64,000 bases of DNA from Candidatus Buchananbacteria bacterium (GCA_041663485.1 JBAYMO010000001.1:11023-75022), one strand, 5' to 3'; shown: positions 40,595 to 49,575, counted from the stretch's first letter. Program-made: numbers and translations. The notes: generated by a model not told the origin, from the letters alone.

Positions 40595-41413
40595 TCAAAC
40601 TGTCCCCGGGATATCTTTTAACTGAGCCCAAGAAAAAATCGGACCATCTTTACAGACATAATAAGGACCAATGGCGCAATGCTGACACACACCAACACCG
40701 CAATACATCTTTCTTTCCAAAGAAATATAAATATCTTCGTCTTTTACCCCCTGTTTCTTTAAATTTTCTATAACCGGTCGATACATTACCGGCGGACCAA
40801 CAACCAAAGCCACGGTATTGGCAAAATCCTGCTTTTTATTAAACAAAACCGTAATCACTCCGGTTGGACCCTTCCACTTTTTTGACGGGCTAGCCAAAAC
40901 CACATCCAAGCCAACTTTTTTTTGCCACTGACAGAATTCACGCTTAAAAAGTAAATTATGTTCATCCTGACAACCATAAAAAACATTAACTTTATTGGCA
41001 GGCAATTTACCGGCCAAAAAATCCAAAACAATTGAACGCATGACGATAAATCCCGAACCACCGCCCACCAAAAGCAAATCTTTCCCTTGGGTCATTTTCT
41101 CTGGCAAACCGTTACCAAATGGTCCCCTAACCGTTGCTTGATCACCAACATTTAGCTCGTGTAATTTGGTAGTTAAAGTACCCACTTTTCTGATAGCCAA
41201 ATCAAAAGTTTTAGTTTGACTGGCCGAGGAACAAATATCAAAAGCCGCCTCACCGTGATTTAGCAAACCAAGCATTAAAAACTGGCCATGATTAAAGGCA
41301 AAATTTATTCTGTTTTTTCTTTCAATAAACTCAAAAGTAAAAAGTTTAATGTCAGGCGTTTGCTCAACAATCTTTATCACTCTGACTAATTTTGGGATAT
41401 ACAAATTATGCAT
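40595..41413 (-). CDS. Group 3b hydrogenase/sulfhydrogenase gamma subunit (FAD/NAD(P)-binding, 2Fe-2S)
   Basis: GQF, RGPFGNG, GGGSG, GPPVM, ERKMYCGVGVCQHC...VCKDGP. Confidence 0.9.
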   Translation of the reverse strand: MHNLYIPKLVRVIKIVEQTPDIKLFTFEFIERKNRINFAFNHGQFLMLGLLNHGEAAFDICSSASQTKTFDLAIRKVGTLTTKLHELNVGDQATVRGPFGNGLPEKMTQGKDLLLVGGGSGFIVMRSIVLDFLAGKLPANKVNVFYGCQDEHNLLFKREFCQWQKKVGLDVVLASPSKKWKGPTGVITVLFNKKQDFANTVALVVGPPVMYRPVIENLKKQGVKDEDIYISLERKMYCGVGVCQHCAIGPYYVCKDGPIFSWAQLKDIPGTV

Positions 41414-41417
41414 TGAT

Positions 41418-42404
41418 TTATTTAATCTTGCCTTTTAAAATTCTCTGCAAATTTTCTTTAATATCAATACCCACCGGACAAACTTTTGTACAACGACCAC
41501 AGCCGACACATCCGGGCAAAGAAATATCGTCGGGACAGCGGACAAATTTATGTTCATACCAAAATCTAATCCGACTCATAGTATTCGATAAAAATTTTGG
41601 TTTTTTTGAATCAATTTCCAAACCGGCCACTTCGGAAAAATCCGTATAAAAACAAGTAGTTTGCAACCGACAACGATCGCCACAGCCAGAGTTTAGTCCG
41701 GGCTGATCGCTAATATCAAAACAGAAACAGCACGGACAAATTACCGTACATTTGCCGCATTCAATACAAATTTTTCCCAGATCTTCCCAAATTTTATTAT
41801 CCTCATAAAACTTTTCTCTGATTTTTAACATCTGTGGATCTTTGCCTTCTTCTCTGATTGGTCCGACATATTCAACGTGATCGTAATTTTTATAACCAAA
41901 ATCGTCTAAAATTCGCTGCCCATCTTCTGAGCCGGTATAAACCAAATATTTGTCTTTACAAACAGCCAAGAATATATCAAATTTTAAATGCTCCAGCATG
42001 TCCTCTTGAAACTTTGCCAGAAAAAATTGCGTTCTCTCAGCGGGCACCAAACTATGACCGACAATCAAAGTGTTTTTTACGCGCTCCTGAAAGTAAGGAT
42101 CTTTGGCAAAAATTTGATTCAAAAAAGTTACTGCCTTTAAATCAACTACGGTCAGACCAAAAATCACTTGTTTAGGCGAGGTAAAATTCTGTTTAATTTG
42201 GTTTTTTTGATAAGAAAAAAGCACCTCTTTGGCAGGTACTAAAATTCGTTTAAATGAATGCAGAGGCAATTCATTAGTTAATTCAACTTTTTTGGGATCA
42301 TCAACTGTTTCCATGACCAATTCACCGTTAATTCTTTGCGGTGCCCAAACAATATTTTGTTGGGACAAATACTCAATAAATTGACGCAATTGTTTATTGG
42401 TCAT
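41418..42404 (-). CDS. Group 3b hydrogenase/sulfhydrogenase beta subunit (4Fe-4S dicluster)
   Basis: CIECGKCTVICPCCFC and CVGCGRCTKVCP. Confidence 0.9.
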   Translation of the reverse strand: MTNKQLRQFIEYLSQQNIVWAPQRINGELVMETVDDPKKVELTNELPLHSFKRILVPAKEVLFSYQKNQIKQNFTSPKQVIFGLTVVDLKAVTFLNQIFAKDPYFQERVKNTLIVGHSLVPAERTQFFLAKFQEDMLEHLKFDIFLAVCKDKYLVYTGSEDGQRILDDFGYKNYDHVEYVGPIREEGKDPQMLKIREKFYEDNKIWEDLGKICIECGKCTVICPCCFCFDISDQPGLNSGCGDRCRLQTTCFYTDFSEVAGLEIDSKKPKFLSNTMSRIRFWYEHKFVRCPDDISLPGCVGCGRCTKVCPVGIDIKENLQRILKGKIK

Positions 42405-42494
42405 ATCTATTTTATTATAACATAAATTCAGAATATAACCAAGGAATAATTTACTAAAAAATTACTTCTTGAAAATAATTTTAAGCTTACCTGA

Positions 42495-42556
42495 TTGACA
42501 AATCAATCTAGCCGGCATAATATGGCCATAGAATCTTTGCTGCTCTTTACTGGAGG
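42495..42556 (+). promoter_or_regulatory. sigma70 promoter, boxA-like element and SD of solitary cassette
   Basis: TTGACA-17-TAATAT (42495-42523), TGCTCTTTAC (42541-42550), GGAGG (42552-42556). Confidence 0.7.
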
Positions 42557-42564
42557 GAACTAAC

Positions 42565-42783
42565 GTGGCAAAACAAACCGATACCTGGATAGAGGCCTGT
42601 CCAAACTGCGGCACCGAAGCCACATTAACACAATGGGCTTGCGGCTGCATCACCTGGACCTGGAAATCTGAAGATGTTAATAATGGGGGGCATAGCCGTA
42701 AATGTCCGACCGGAGACTTCTTTTCCAAAAGAGCCCACCTGTGCGCTGAGGGAAAAAATCCACATAGGCCATTGGAACATTAA
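42565..42783 (+). CDS. Small Cys/Trp-rich protein (72 aa), solitary cassette
   Basis: GTG start 8 nt after GGAGG; CPNC..CGC..C..C; followed by a CCCAAC/GTTGGG hairpin and T tract. Confidence 0.7.
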   Translation: MAKQTDTWIEACPNCGTEATLTQWACGCITWTWKSEDVNNGGHSRKCPTGDFFSKRAHLCAEGKNPHRPLEH

Positions 42784-42831
42784 CCCAACAAAACCGTAGT
42801 TGGGCTATTTTTTTAATTTTAATTATATACT

Positions 42832-43317
42832 TTATTTATATTTATTTTTACTTGAAGCATTAAATTTAACCACCCCATCTAATATCCCCTGTTTAAATAA
42901 TTTCTCCCGCAAAATCAAATCATTTTTTCGTGAGTAAATAAATTTCAAATCTTTGACTAAATTCAACTCTACTATTAGCTCTTTTTTGGTCAATTTTTTT
43001 TGCTTAATAAAATTAATATAACAATTTTGATATTGTTTAACTGTTTTACAGTTTAAGTAATTTTGCGATCCAAATATTTTTTTATCTTCGGGCGTAGCTA
43101 AAACTAAACAAGTAGTAAACTTGTCGTTTTTCTTATTTTTTAATAAATTATAAAGCCGACAAGTGGCGCATTGGTTTTTACAATTTCTCACCTCAACACA
43201 ATCATAAATAAAACGATAACCTCGCCAATTGTCTAAAATAACGTTAATAAACCCAGAATATTTTTTTGACAATTTCTTGAATTCAGCTTCTGCTTGTTTA
43301 ATTATTTTTTGATTCAT
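42832..43317 (-). CDS. Hypothetical Cys-containing basic protein
   Basis: 161-aa AT-rich ORF with C..C.NQCATC and a later C..C. Confidence 0.65.
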   Translation of the reverse strand: MNQKIIKQAEAEFKKLSKKYSGFINVILDNWRGYRFIYDCVEVRNCKNQCATCRLYNLLKNKKNDKFTTCLVLATPEDKKIFGSQNYLNCKTVKQYQNCYINFIKQKKLTKKELIVELNLVKDLKFIYSRKNDLILREKLFKQGILDGVVKFNASSKNKYK

Positions 43318-43340
43318 AAATTTATACGAATAATTTTTTT

Positions 43341-43380
43341 AAAAATGGTTGGGACAGTTATCTTGTTATTCTGTCCCAAC
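43341..43380 (-). terminator. Terminator after radical SAM gene
   Basis: GTTGGGACAG (43348-43357) pairs with CTGTCCCAAC (43371-43380); T tract on the minus strand. Confidence 0.7.
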
Positions 43381-43390
43381 CCAACTCAAA

Positions 43391-44434
43391 TTAGAGGTAC
43401 GCCATGGGGCATAGGGTATAACCCCCGAAAGGATCGCCCATACCTTCGACCGTGGCTCGACATCCGCCGCGACATTTCTCCCATTTGGCACAGGAATGGC
43501 AAGGTTCCTTGACCAGACTTTGATCCAATTTCAAACGATGGCAAATCAAAGGTGATTCGTAGGCTGCCTGAATCGGATTGGTGTCAGAAATTCGAGCCAA
43601 AACCACGGGGCTATTAGTACAAGCCCGAATTGACCCATCTACGGCAAAATACAAACCTTTGTCATAGAACGGGCACGAACCAAAGACATGCGGCATTAAA
43701 ACTTCAGCCGGCTCCAAACCAAACTCCGCTCGAACTGACTGAATGGCCAAAATCATTTCCGCAATCTGCGGCGGCGTTGGCGCCACTTGCCAATAGTCTG
43801 GCCCAATGGTCTCGCCCGAGCCCATCAATTCCAGATCAGTACCAATATTCTGTTGCAAACACCAGCGATAATACTCAGATGCCAAGCCGATATTTTCCTG
43901 ACGAATCAAATTCTGCAAGCGCAAAAGCGGTTGGGTATAACCAGCCTGCTGCAAAATACCAATCGCCTCAATCATCCTTTGCGCTTGAACCTGGCTCTGA
44001 CCAATCATTTTTGCCTGCAAGGGCAGCTGGGTCTGATCGGCCGGATTAATGTTGAGCTTGCCGGTAATGTGAATCTGCCGCTCAAATAACCACTGGGCCA
44101 AGGCCGGAGTAATGGCCAGCATATTGGTAAAAATCCACGGTAGAATGCCCCGCTCAAGCAAAATCTCAATGTACTGGCGCAGATTGGGCCAAAGCAGCGG
44201 ATCGCCGCCCAGCAAATCCATAGTTTCCAGCTCCGAGCCGCGATAATCACGACAAAGATCCAAAACCCTGATCGCCTGATCCAGCGACATCTCGCCATGA
44301 TTCAAAGCCTTACGCCTAACCATGTAACATCCCGGACAAGCGCATTGACATCGACTTGTTACCTCAATAATGCCATAGCGTAAACCACAAGCCTGACCTG
44401 ATTGTAGATAACGATCTTTCTGATTTGTCTGCAT
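43391..44434 (-). CDS. Radical SAM protein with SPASM domain
   Basis: CQCACPGC (CxxxCxxC), GGDP, C-terminal C...DGSIRAC...CHSC...CRGGC...C. Start revised to ATG 44434, 9 nt after GGAGG. Confidence 0.9.
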   Translation of the reverse strand: MQTNQKDRYLQSGQACGLRYGIIEVTSRCQCACPGCYMVRRKALNHGEMSLDQAIRVLDLCRDYRGSELETMDLLGGDPLLWPNLRQYIEILLERGILPWIFTNMLAITPALAQWLFERQIHITGKLNINPADQTQLPLQAKMIGQSQVQAQRMIEAIGILQQAGYTQPLLRLQNLIRQENIGLASEYYRWCLQQNIGTDLELMGSGETIGPDYWQVAPTPPQIAEMILAIQSVRAEFGLEPAEVLMPHVFGSCPFYDKGLYFAVDGSIRACTNSPVVLARISDTNPIQAAYESPLICHRLKLDQSLVKEPCHSCAKWEKCRGGCRATVEGMGDPFGGYTLCPMAYL

Positions 44435-44479
44435 GGAATGCTTCCTCCAAAGTGTAAAGAGCCTGATTTTTGCTAATGC

Positions 44480-44588
44480 AAAAACCCCGCCACAAGCGGG
44501 GCAATTAGACATTTTTAAAAATCTCAAATCACCTCGATCGTGGCGAGTTGATTCGATGATGATTATTTAATTTGATATTATTATTCAT
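44480..44588 (-). promoter_or_regulatory. Ribosome-dependent transcription attenuator with His-His control codons
   Basis: His codons at 44556-44561, protector hairpin, 10-bp antiterminator pairing, and terminator GCCCCGC-TTGTG-GCGGGGT-TTTT. Confidence 0.65.
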
Positions 44589-44882
44589 AGTTTTATTATT
44601 TTTAGATAACGCCAATTTGTAACCCCCTTCACCATAATTTAACCAATAAGCGACGCGAGTAACCGTGGTCGTCGATAAACCGGTTTTTTGGGCAATTTCG
44701 CGATAAGGCTTGCCCCGGCTGATCATTTTTACCGCTTGCCAACGGCTAGTCATTTCCTTTAATTCTTCCAGGGTGCAAAGATCACGAAAAAATTTTGCTA
44801 CTTCACCGGTTTTTTTCAATTTCAAAATTGCTTTAAATAATTCCGTGCTTTCTTTGTTTTGCCAGACAAATTTTGAAGCCAT
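44529..44882 (-). CDS. TrpR-like (YerC/YecD) repressor with leader-peptide-like C-terminal tail
   Basis: FFRDLCTLEE...RW...YREIAQKTGLSTTTVTRVA. Start revised to ATG 44882, downstream of the promoter. Confidence 0.88.
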   Translation of the reverse strand: MASKFVWQNKESTELFKAILKLKKTGEVAKFFRDLCTLEELKEMTSRWQAVKMISRGKPYREIAQKTGLSTTTVTRVAYWLNYGEGGYKLALSKNNKTMNNNIKLNNHHRINSPRSR

Positions 44883-44885
44883 AGG

Positions 44886-44940
44886 CTGTTTCAATGTTTT
44901 AATATGATAATACATTACCACGGTCATAGAATTATGTCAA
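44886..44940 (-). promoter_or_regulatory. Promoter with overlapping TrpR-type operator
   Basis: TTGACA-17-TAATGT. Imperfect palindrome TGTATTATCATATTAAAACA (44895-44914) within four 8-bp-periodic units. Confidence 0.6.
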
Positions 44941-44962
44941 GACCTGAAATAACCAGATACAA

Positions 44963-44986
44963 AAGAAGCCGTTTTTACGGCTTCTT
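44963..44986. terminator. Terminator after gap
   Basis: AAGAAGCCGT-TTTT-ACGGCTTCTT perfect stem. Confidence 0.75.
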
Positions 44987-45008
44987 AAAATAAACTGAAA
45001 TAAAATAT

Positions 45009-46031
45009 TTACTTTATCAATTTGCCCATATCTTCTAGCATTTGTACCATACGCATTGAGTAACCCCATTCATTATCATACCAAGCTAAAACTTTTATTA
45101 GATTACCACCAATCACGCGCGTATAAGGCAAATCAATAATAGCGGAAAACGGGTTACCAATATAGTCGCTGGAGACCAACGGTTCCTCCGTGACTTTTAA
45201 AATCCCCTTGTAGAGTGGATCCTTGGCTGCTTTTTTAAAGGCATTATTAATTTCTTCAATGGTAGTATTTTTCTTTAAAACTGCCGTAATATCAGAAACC
45301 GAAGCACAAATCGTTGGCACGCGAATAGAGATACCATCAAAGAGATCAGCTAATTTTGGGATTACTTTTGTTGTAGCAATCGCCGCACCGGTGGTGGTAG
45401 GAATTATATTATAAGCGGCCGCTCTGGCTCGACGTAAATCGCGATGCGGACCATCAACTAAATTCTGGTCAGCGGTATAAGAATGCACGGTTGTCATCAT
45501 GGCTTTTTCAATGCCAAAAATATCAGATAAAACCTGCATAACTGGCGAAATACAATTAGTTGTGCAAGAAGCCATGGAAACCACCTGATCACATTTGCCC
45601 TTAGTAATGCAATCAACTGAATATCTAGTACCATAAACCAAAGTCTGAGTTTGATCGTCTTTGGCCGGCGCCGACAAAAGCACGCGTTTGGCTCCAGCGG
45701 TTAAATGGCCACCCGCCTCTTCTTTATTGGTGAAGCGTCCGGTACACTCGGCCACTACTTTTACTCCCAACTTAGACCAGGGCAATTTAGCCGGATCTTT
45801 TTCGGCAAAAATTGGATAAAATTTTCCGTCAACTTTAATTCCCTCTTTTACCGCTTCCACTTTTTTAAAATATTCCCGATAGACAGTGTCATATTTTAGT
45901 AAGTGAGCTAAAGTCTTACTATCCATTAAATCATTAATCGCTATGACTTCCAGCTTTTTGCTGGCTAAAGCACCTTTAAAAACCGCCCGGCCAATGCGGC
46001 CAAAGCCATTAATTGCAATTTTTGTCGCCAT
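45009..46031 (-). CDS. gap: Glyceraldehyde-3-phosphate dehydrogenase (type I)
   Basis: INGFGRIGR, ASCTTNC, WYDNEWGY. Confidence 0.98.
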   Translation of the reverse strand: MATKIAINGFGRIGRAVFKGALASKKLEVIAINDLMDSKTLAHLLKYDTVYREYFKKVEAVKEGIKVDGKFYPIFAEKDPAKLPWSKLGVKVVAECTGRFTNKEEAGGHLTAGAKRVLLSAPAKDDQTQTLVYGTRYSVDCITKGKCDQVVSMASCTTNCISPVMQVLSDIFGIEKAMMTTVHSYTADQNLVDGPHRDLRRARAAAYNIIPTTTGAAIATTKVIPKLADLFDGISIRVPTICASVSDITAVLKKNTTIEEINNAFKKAAKDPLYKGILKVTEEPLVSSDYIGNPFSAIIDLPYTRVIGGNLIKVLAWYDNEWGYSMRMVQMLEDMGKLIK

Positions 46032-46161
46032 AATTTTTGGTTAATACTTACTGTAATATTATAACATATAAATTTATTTTTTATAACTCAGGTAATTTGA
46101 CAAGAATATAGTTTCTTGATAATTTATAGCCAACCAAGGACAACCCAGAGGAGACTCAGTC

Positions 46162-46542
46162 ATGAACATGAACAAAAAACCAGTCGAGATTCGTGGAATC
46201 TATCACTGTGAAGTGATCAAGACGACCAAAGAAGTTCAGGTCAAATCAGAAGAACCAAGGCATAATCGTTTCTATGGCGAATGTGAATATAAAGATGTGA
46301 CGGTATCGGAGAAAGAATTTGTTCGAACCGTACAGGTGACCGAAACCGGTAACCCATATAGCGGCAAAATCTTGCCAATTGCTTCTCACTACGGCCAGCT
46401 CAAAGATGGTGACGAGGTGGTATTTATAATTTCGGATGACAACCCGCCGAAAGCGGCCATGGTTCATCCCAAAAATTACCAACCCAGCAATTCCCGTCGT
46501 CCTGGCCTTCGCCAAAATCCGTGGTATAGCTCGAGACGATAA
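46162..46542 (+). CDS. Hypothetical protein with OB/cold-shock-like C-terminal segment, solitary cassette
   Basis: Promoter TTGACA-17-TAATTT upstream, GAGGAG SD, LKDGDEVVFII...PKAAMV, terminator ACAAACC/GGTTTGT. Confidence 0.7.
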   Translation: MNMNKKPVEIRGIYHCEVIKTTKEVQVKSEEPRHNRFYGECEYKDVTVSEKEFVRTVQVTETGNPYSGKILPIASHYGQLKDGDEVVFIISDDNPPKAAMVHPKNYQPSNSRRPGLRQNPWYSSRR

Positions 46543-46657
46543 CTTTTACATTGATCATTGTTTGACAAACCGCTTTGGTTTGTTTTTTTATTAACAAAAC
46601 CGCCGCTGAAAGCGGCGGGATAAAAAATATATTTTAAGCCTAAATAACTACCAAAAG

Positions 46658-47086
46658 CTATTGGCTTAAAATATTATAAGTAAAAGTCTTCTCAACTTTT
46701 TTACCCGGCCAACCATAATTAAATTCCAACTTAAACTGTCCGGTCTTTTCCACCTTAAAAAGCCAGGTTACTGTTCTCTCATTGGTTTTATCATCGCTGG
46801 TTACCTTTTGATCCTTGAGAGAAACATAAGACGCCGCGGCAATACCGGCAATAACATATTCCCGATTCTTATCTTTATTAACAAATTTAACTGATAAAAC
46901 ATCGCCCGGGGTAGTGGTATTGGTTTGATTATTTTGGACTGACAAGTCAATGACTTTGCCGGTCTCAGCTACACCCACTGCCTCTTCAACAGTTTGCTGA
47001 TTAACTTGGGACTTTGTCCCAAAACTACAAGCGCTTAAGGTTAGCGCAAAAAACAAAACTAAAATAATTAAAATCTTTTTTCTCAT
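46658..47086 (-). CDS. Lipoprotein, possibly chagasin/I42-like
   Basis: Lipobox LSAC; C-terminal WLFKVEKTG..KLEFNY.WP pattern. Confidence 0.6.
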   Translation of the reverse strand: MRKKILIILVLFFALTLSACSFGTKSQVNQQTVEEAVGVAETGKVIDLSVQNNQTNTTTPGDVLSVKFVNKDKNREYVIAGIAAASYVSLKDQKVTSDDKTNERTVTWLFKVEKTGQFKLEFNYGWPGKKVEKTFTYNILSQ

Positions 47087-47898
47087 ATATTTTTTAAACT
47101 TTTAATTGCTACTTCAACGCGGTTAGCGTCATCACCCTCCAAGACCACATCCACGGTTTGTTTAAGCGTGTGCCAACCGATTACTTTGCCTTTGCCCTGA
47201 GGCGTTTTAACCTGACTGCCAATGGGTGGCAAATTTTTCACTAAATCATTATAAACTTCCTGTTCGTAGGCCAAACAACAACGCAACCGGCCGCAGCTGC
47301 CGGAAAGGCGTTCCGAACCGCGATGAGCAATTTGCTGAACATCGGCCAACTCGGAAGTGATACTGGCTAATTCTTTAAGATGAGTTTTACAGCAAAGGGT
47401 GCGTCCGCAAGTTCCGACATCACCGGCAATTTTAGCCTCATCGCGAATACCGATTTGCTGCAAACGAATTGATTTCTGGAAATGATGGGTTAAATCTTTA
47501 ACTAATTGGCGAAAATCAATCCGGCCATCGGCAATAAACGGAAAAACAATCCGACTGCCGTCAAAAGAAAAATGAACATCAATAACTTTCATGGGCAAAT
47601 CCAAACGATCAACCATTTTTTTACAATAATCCAATCCGGCGGCCTTTTGCTTGTTCAATTCATTTTGATTTTGCACGTCTTCGGTTGTCACTTTGCGAAC
47701 AATCACCGCCGCCTCACCGGTTTCCGGCCCAAAAGTCGGTTCGGTTGACGGAATAAAAAGCATCATGACCCGACCCATATCAAACCCGGCTTCGGTTTTG
47801 ACTACCACTTGTTCGCCTAATTCCAATTTGTAATCGCCAACTTTAGCGATAAACGGTTTCTCCCAAAGAGAGACCTGGATTTGCGCGTATTTATCCAT
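47083..47898 (-). CDS. PSP1/RicT (YaaT) family protein
   Basis: RIDFRQLVKDL, QIGIRDEAK, CGRTLCC, CGRLRCCL.YE. Confidence 0.9.
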   Translation of the reverse strand: MDKYAQIQVSLWEKPFIAKVGDYKLELGEQVVVKTEAGFDMGRVMMLFIPSTEPTFGPETGEAAVIVRKVTTEDVQNQNELNKQKAAGLDYCKKMVDRLDLPMKVIDVHFSFDGSRIVFPFIADGRIDFRQLVKDLTHHFQKSIRLQQIGIRDEAKIAGDVGTCGRTLCCKTHLKELASITSELADVQQIAHRGSERLSGSCGRLRCCLAYEQEVYNDLVKNLPPIGSQVKTPQGKGKVIGWHTLKQTVDVVLEGDDANRVEVAIKSLKNI

Positions 47899-47938
47899 AA
47901 TATATTAGGACGCAATTACTATCGCGCCATAGATTGAT

Positions 47939-48721
47939 TTAGATCTGATAACGCTGAAAGCTGATAATCTCTCCAGCGTCATTTTGCTGCAAAAGTTTTT
48001 CAATAGAAATTTTGTCGTCTTTAATAAACGGCTGCTTAACCAGGCAAACGTCGGAATAATATTTTTGCAGTTTACCTTCAATAATCTTATCCCACATGGC
48101 TTCGTTTTTACCTTCGGCTCTTAATTGTTCACGATAAATTTCTTTTTCTTTATCTAATTCAGCTTTAGCAATATCTTCCGGTTTAAGATATTTCGGCGAC
48201 ATGGCCACGACTTGCATGGCAATGTCATTGGCCAATTCTTGGCTACCTTTGGCTAAAACCACCACCGCGGCAACTTTTTTATTGGAATGCAAATAAGTGC
48301 CAATAATTTTGCCTTCAACGATATCGGCGGCGGAAATTTTCATGTTCTCACCAATTTTAACCGACAATTCATTCTTAATCTTATCCTGCACCCAGGTCGT
48401 AAATTCCGCCACGCCCAATTCCATTAATTTAGCCGCTAAATTATTAACGGTATCAATAAAATCTTGGTTGCGAGAAACAAAATCAGTTTCACAAGCTAAA
48501 CCCACCAGGCAAACTTTACCATCACTTTTGACTAAAGCGATTACACCCTCATTAGTCGCCCGATCCGACTTTTTAGCCGCTTTAATCGCGCCTTTTTTGC
48601 GCAATAATTCAACAGCCTTATTGATATCACCACCGGCTTCCTCTAACGTGGCTTTGCAATCACCGATGCCAGCGCCAGTTAGTTCCCGTAATTTAGTTAT
48701 CGCCTGAGTATCTACGCTCAT
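47939..48721 (-). CDS. tsf: Elongation factor Ts
   Basis: LRELTGAGIGDCK, CETDFV, follows rpsB. Confidence 0.97.
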   Translation of the reverse strand: MSVDTQAITKLRELTGAGIGDCKATLEEAGGDINKAVELLRKKGAIKAAKKSDRATNEGVIALVKSDGKVCLVGLACETDFVSRNQDFIDTVNNLAAKLMELGVAEFTTWVQDKIKNELSVKIGENMKISAADIVEGKIIGTYLHSNKKVAAVVVLAKGSQELANDIAMQVVAMSPKYLKPEDIAKAELDKEKEIYREQLRAEGKNEAMWDKIIEGKLQKYYSDVCLVKQPFIKDDKISIEKLLQQNDAGEIISFQRYQI

Positions 48722-48742
48722 ATTATTATTTTGTTTTAATGA

Positions 48743-49486
48743 TTAATTCTTTTTAACAAATTTGGTCTTAGCCTCCGCGGATACTACCGGAGCCTGAGGC
48801 CTGGCTTTAATGCCTTCTTTAACGGCTTCGGCCATGAGACTGGTAACAATTTCAATGGACTTGACCGCGTCGTCGTTAGCCGGAATCGGATAATTAATAA
48901 TTTCCGGATTGATGTTGGTATCCACCATGGCAATAAGAGAAATATTTTTCTTTAAAGACTCGGCCACGGCAGTTTTTTCTTTTTTAATATCAACCACAAA
49001 AACCGCGTCGGGAATTTTTGACATATTTTCAATGCCGCCTACCATGCGATCTAATTTTTCAATGGTTTTATTAAATTCCAGTTGTTCTTTTTTGGTATAT
49101 TTTTCCAACTGACCGAGAGCTTTCTTCTTTTTTAAATCGGTTAATTTTCTGATCATGCGAGAGATTTCCCCAAAATTGGTAAAAGTTCCACCCAACCATC
49201 TCTCGGTAACATACGGCATACCACATTCTTTGGCGTACTTAACCACAATCGGCTGAGCTTGTTTTTTTGTACCCAAAAATAAAATAGTGCCGCCATTGCT
49301 CACTACTTTTTTAGCAAAATCCAAAGCTTCTTGGAGTTTGATTTGAGTTTGCTCTAAATTAATGATATGAAACCCACCTTTGTTCATAAAGATGTACGGT
49401 TCCATTTTTGGATGACGTTTGGAAAGCTTGTGGCCAAAATGGCTGCCAGCTTTAAGCAAAGTCATCAAATCCGGGATTTGTGACAT
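48743..49486 (-). CDS. rpsB: 30S ribosomal protein S2
   Basis: AGSHFGH, RWLGGTFTN, DTN, PANDD. Confidence 0.98.
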   Translation of the reverse strand: MSQIPDLMTLLKAGSHFGHKLSKRHPKMEPYIFMNKGGFHIINLEQTQIKLQEALDFAKKVVSNGGTILFLGTKKQAQPIVVKYAKECGMPYVTERWLGGTFTNFGEISRMIRKLTDLKKKKALGQLEKYTKKEQLEFNKTIEKLDRMVGGIENMSKIPDAVFVVDIKKEKTAVAESLKKNISLIAMVDTNINPEIINYPIPANDDAVKSIEIVTSLMAEAVKEGIKARPQAPVVSAEAKTKFVKKN

Positions 49487-49575
49487 AATTTTTTCCTTTT
49501 CTTTCTTCTACCGCTGTTAACTAGGCCCCATGATTCGGGGAGGATTTAGCTAAACTAAAAAACGGCATGAATGAT
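49487..49575 (-). promoter_or_regulatory. Structured rpsB 5' leader (putative S2 autoregulatory RNA)
   Basis: Minus strand nested stems UGCCGUU/AGCGGUA and CCCC/GGGG, downstream of a TTGACA promoter. Confidence 0.45.

Noticed and set aside
44435-44527. N-terminal extension of the radical SAM ORF (MRFLKMSNCPACGG...)
   Set aside because: It reads through the attenuator terminator; the SD supports ATG 44434.
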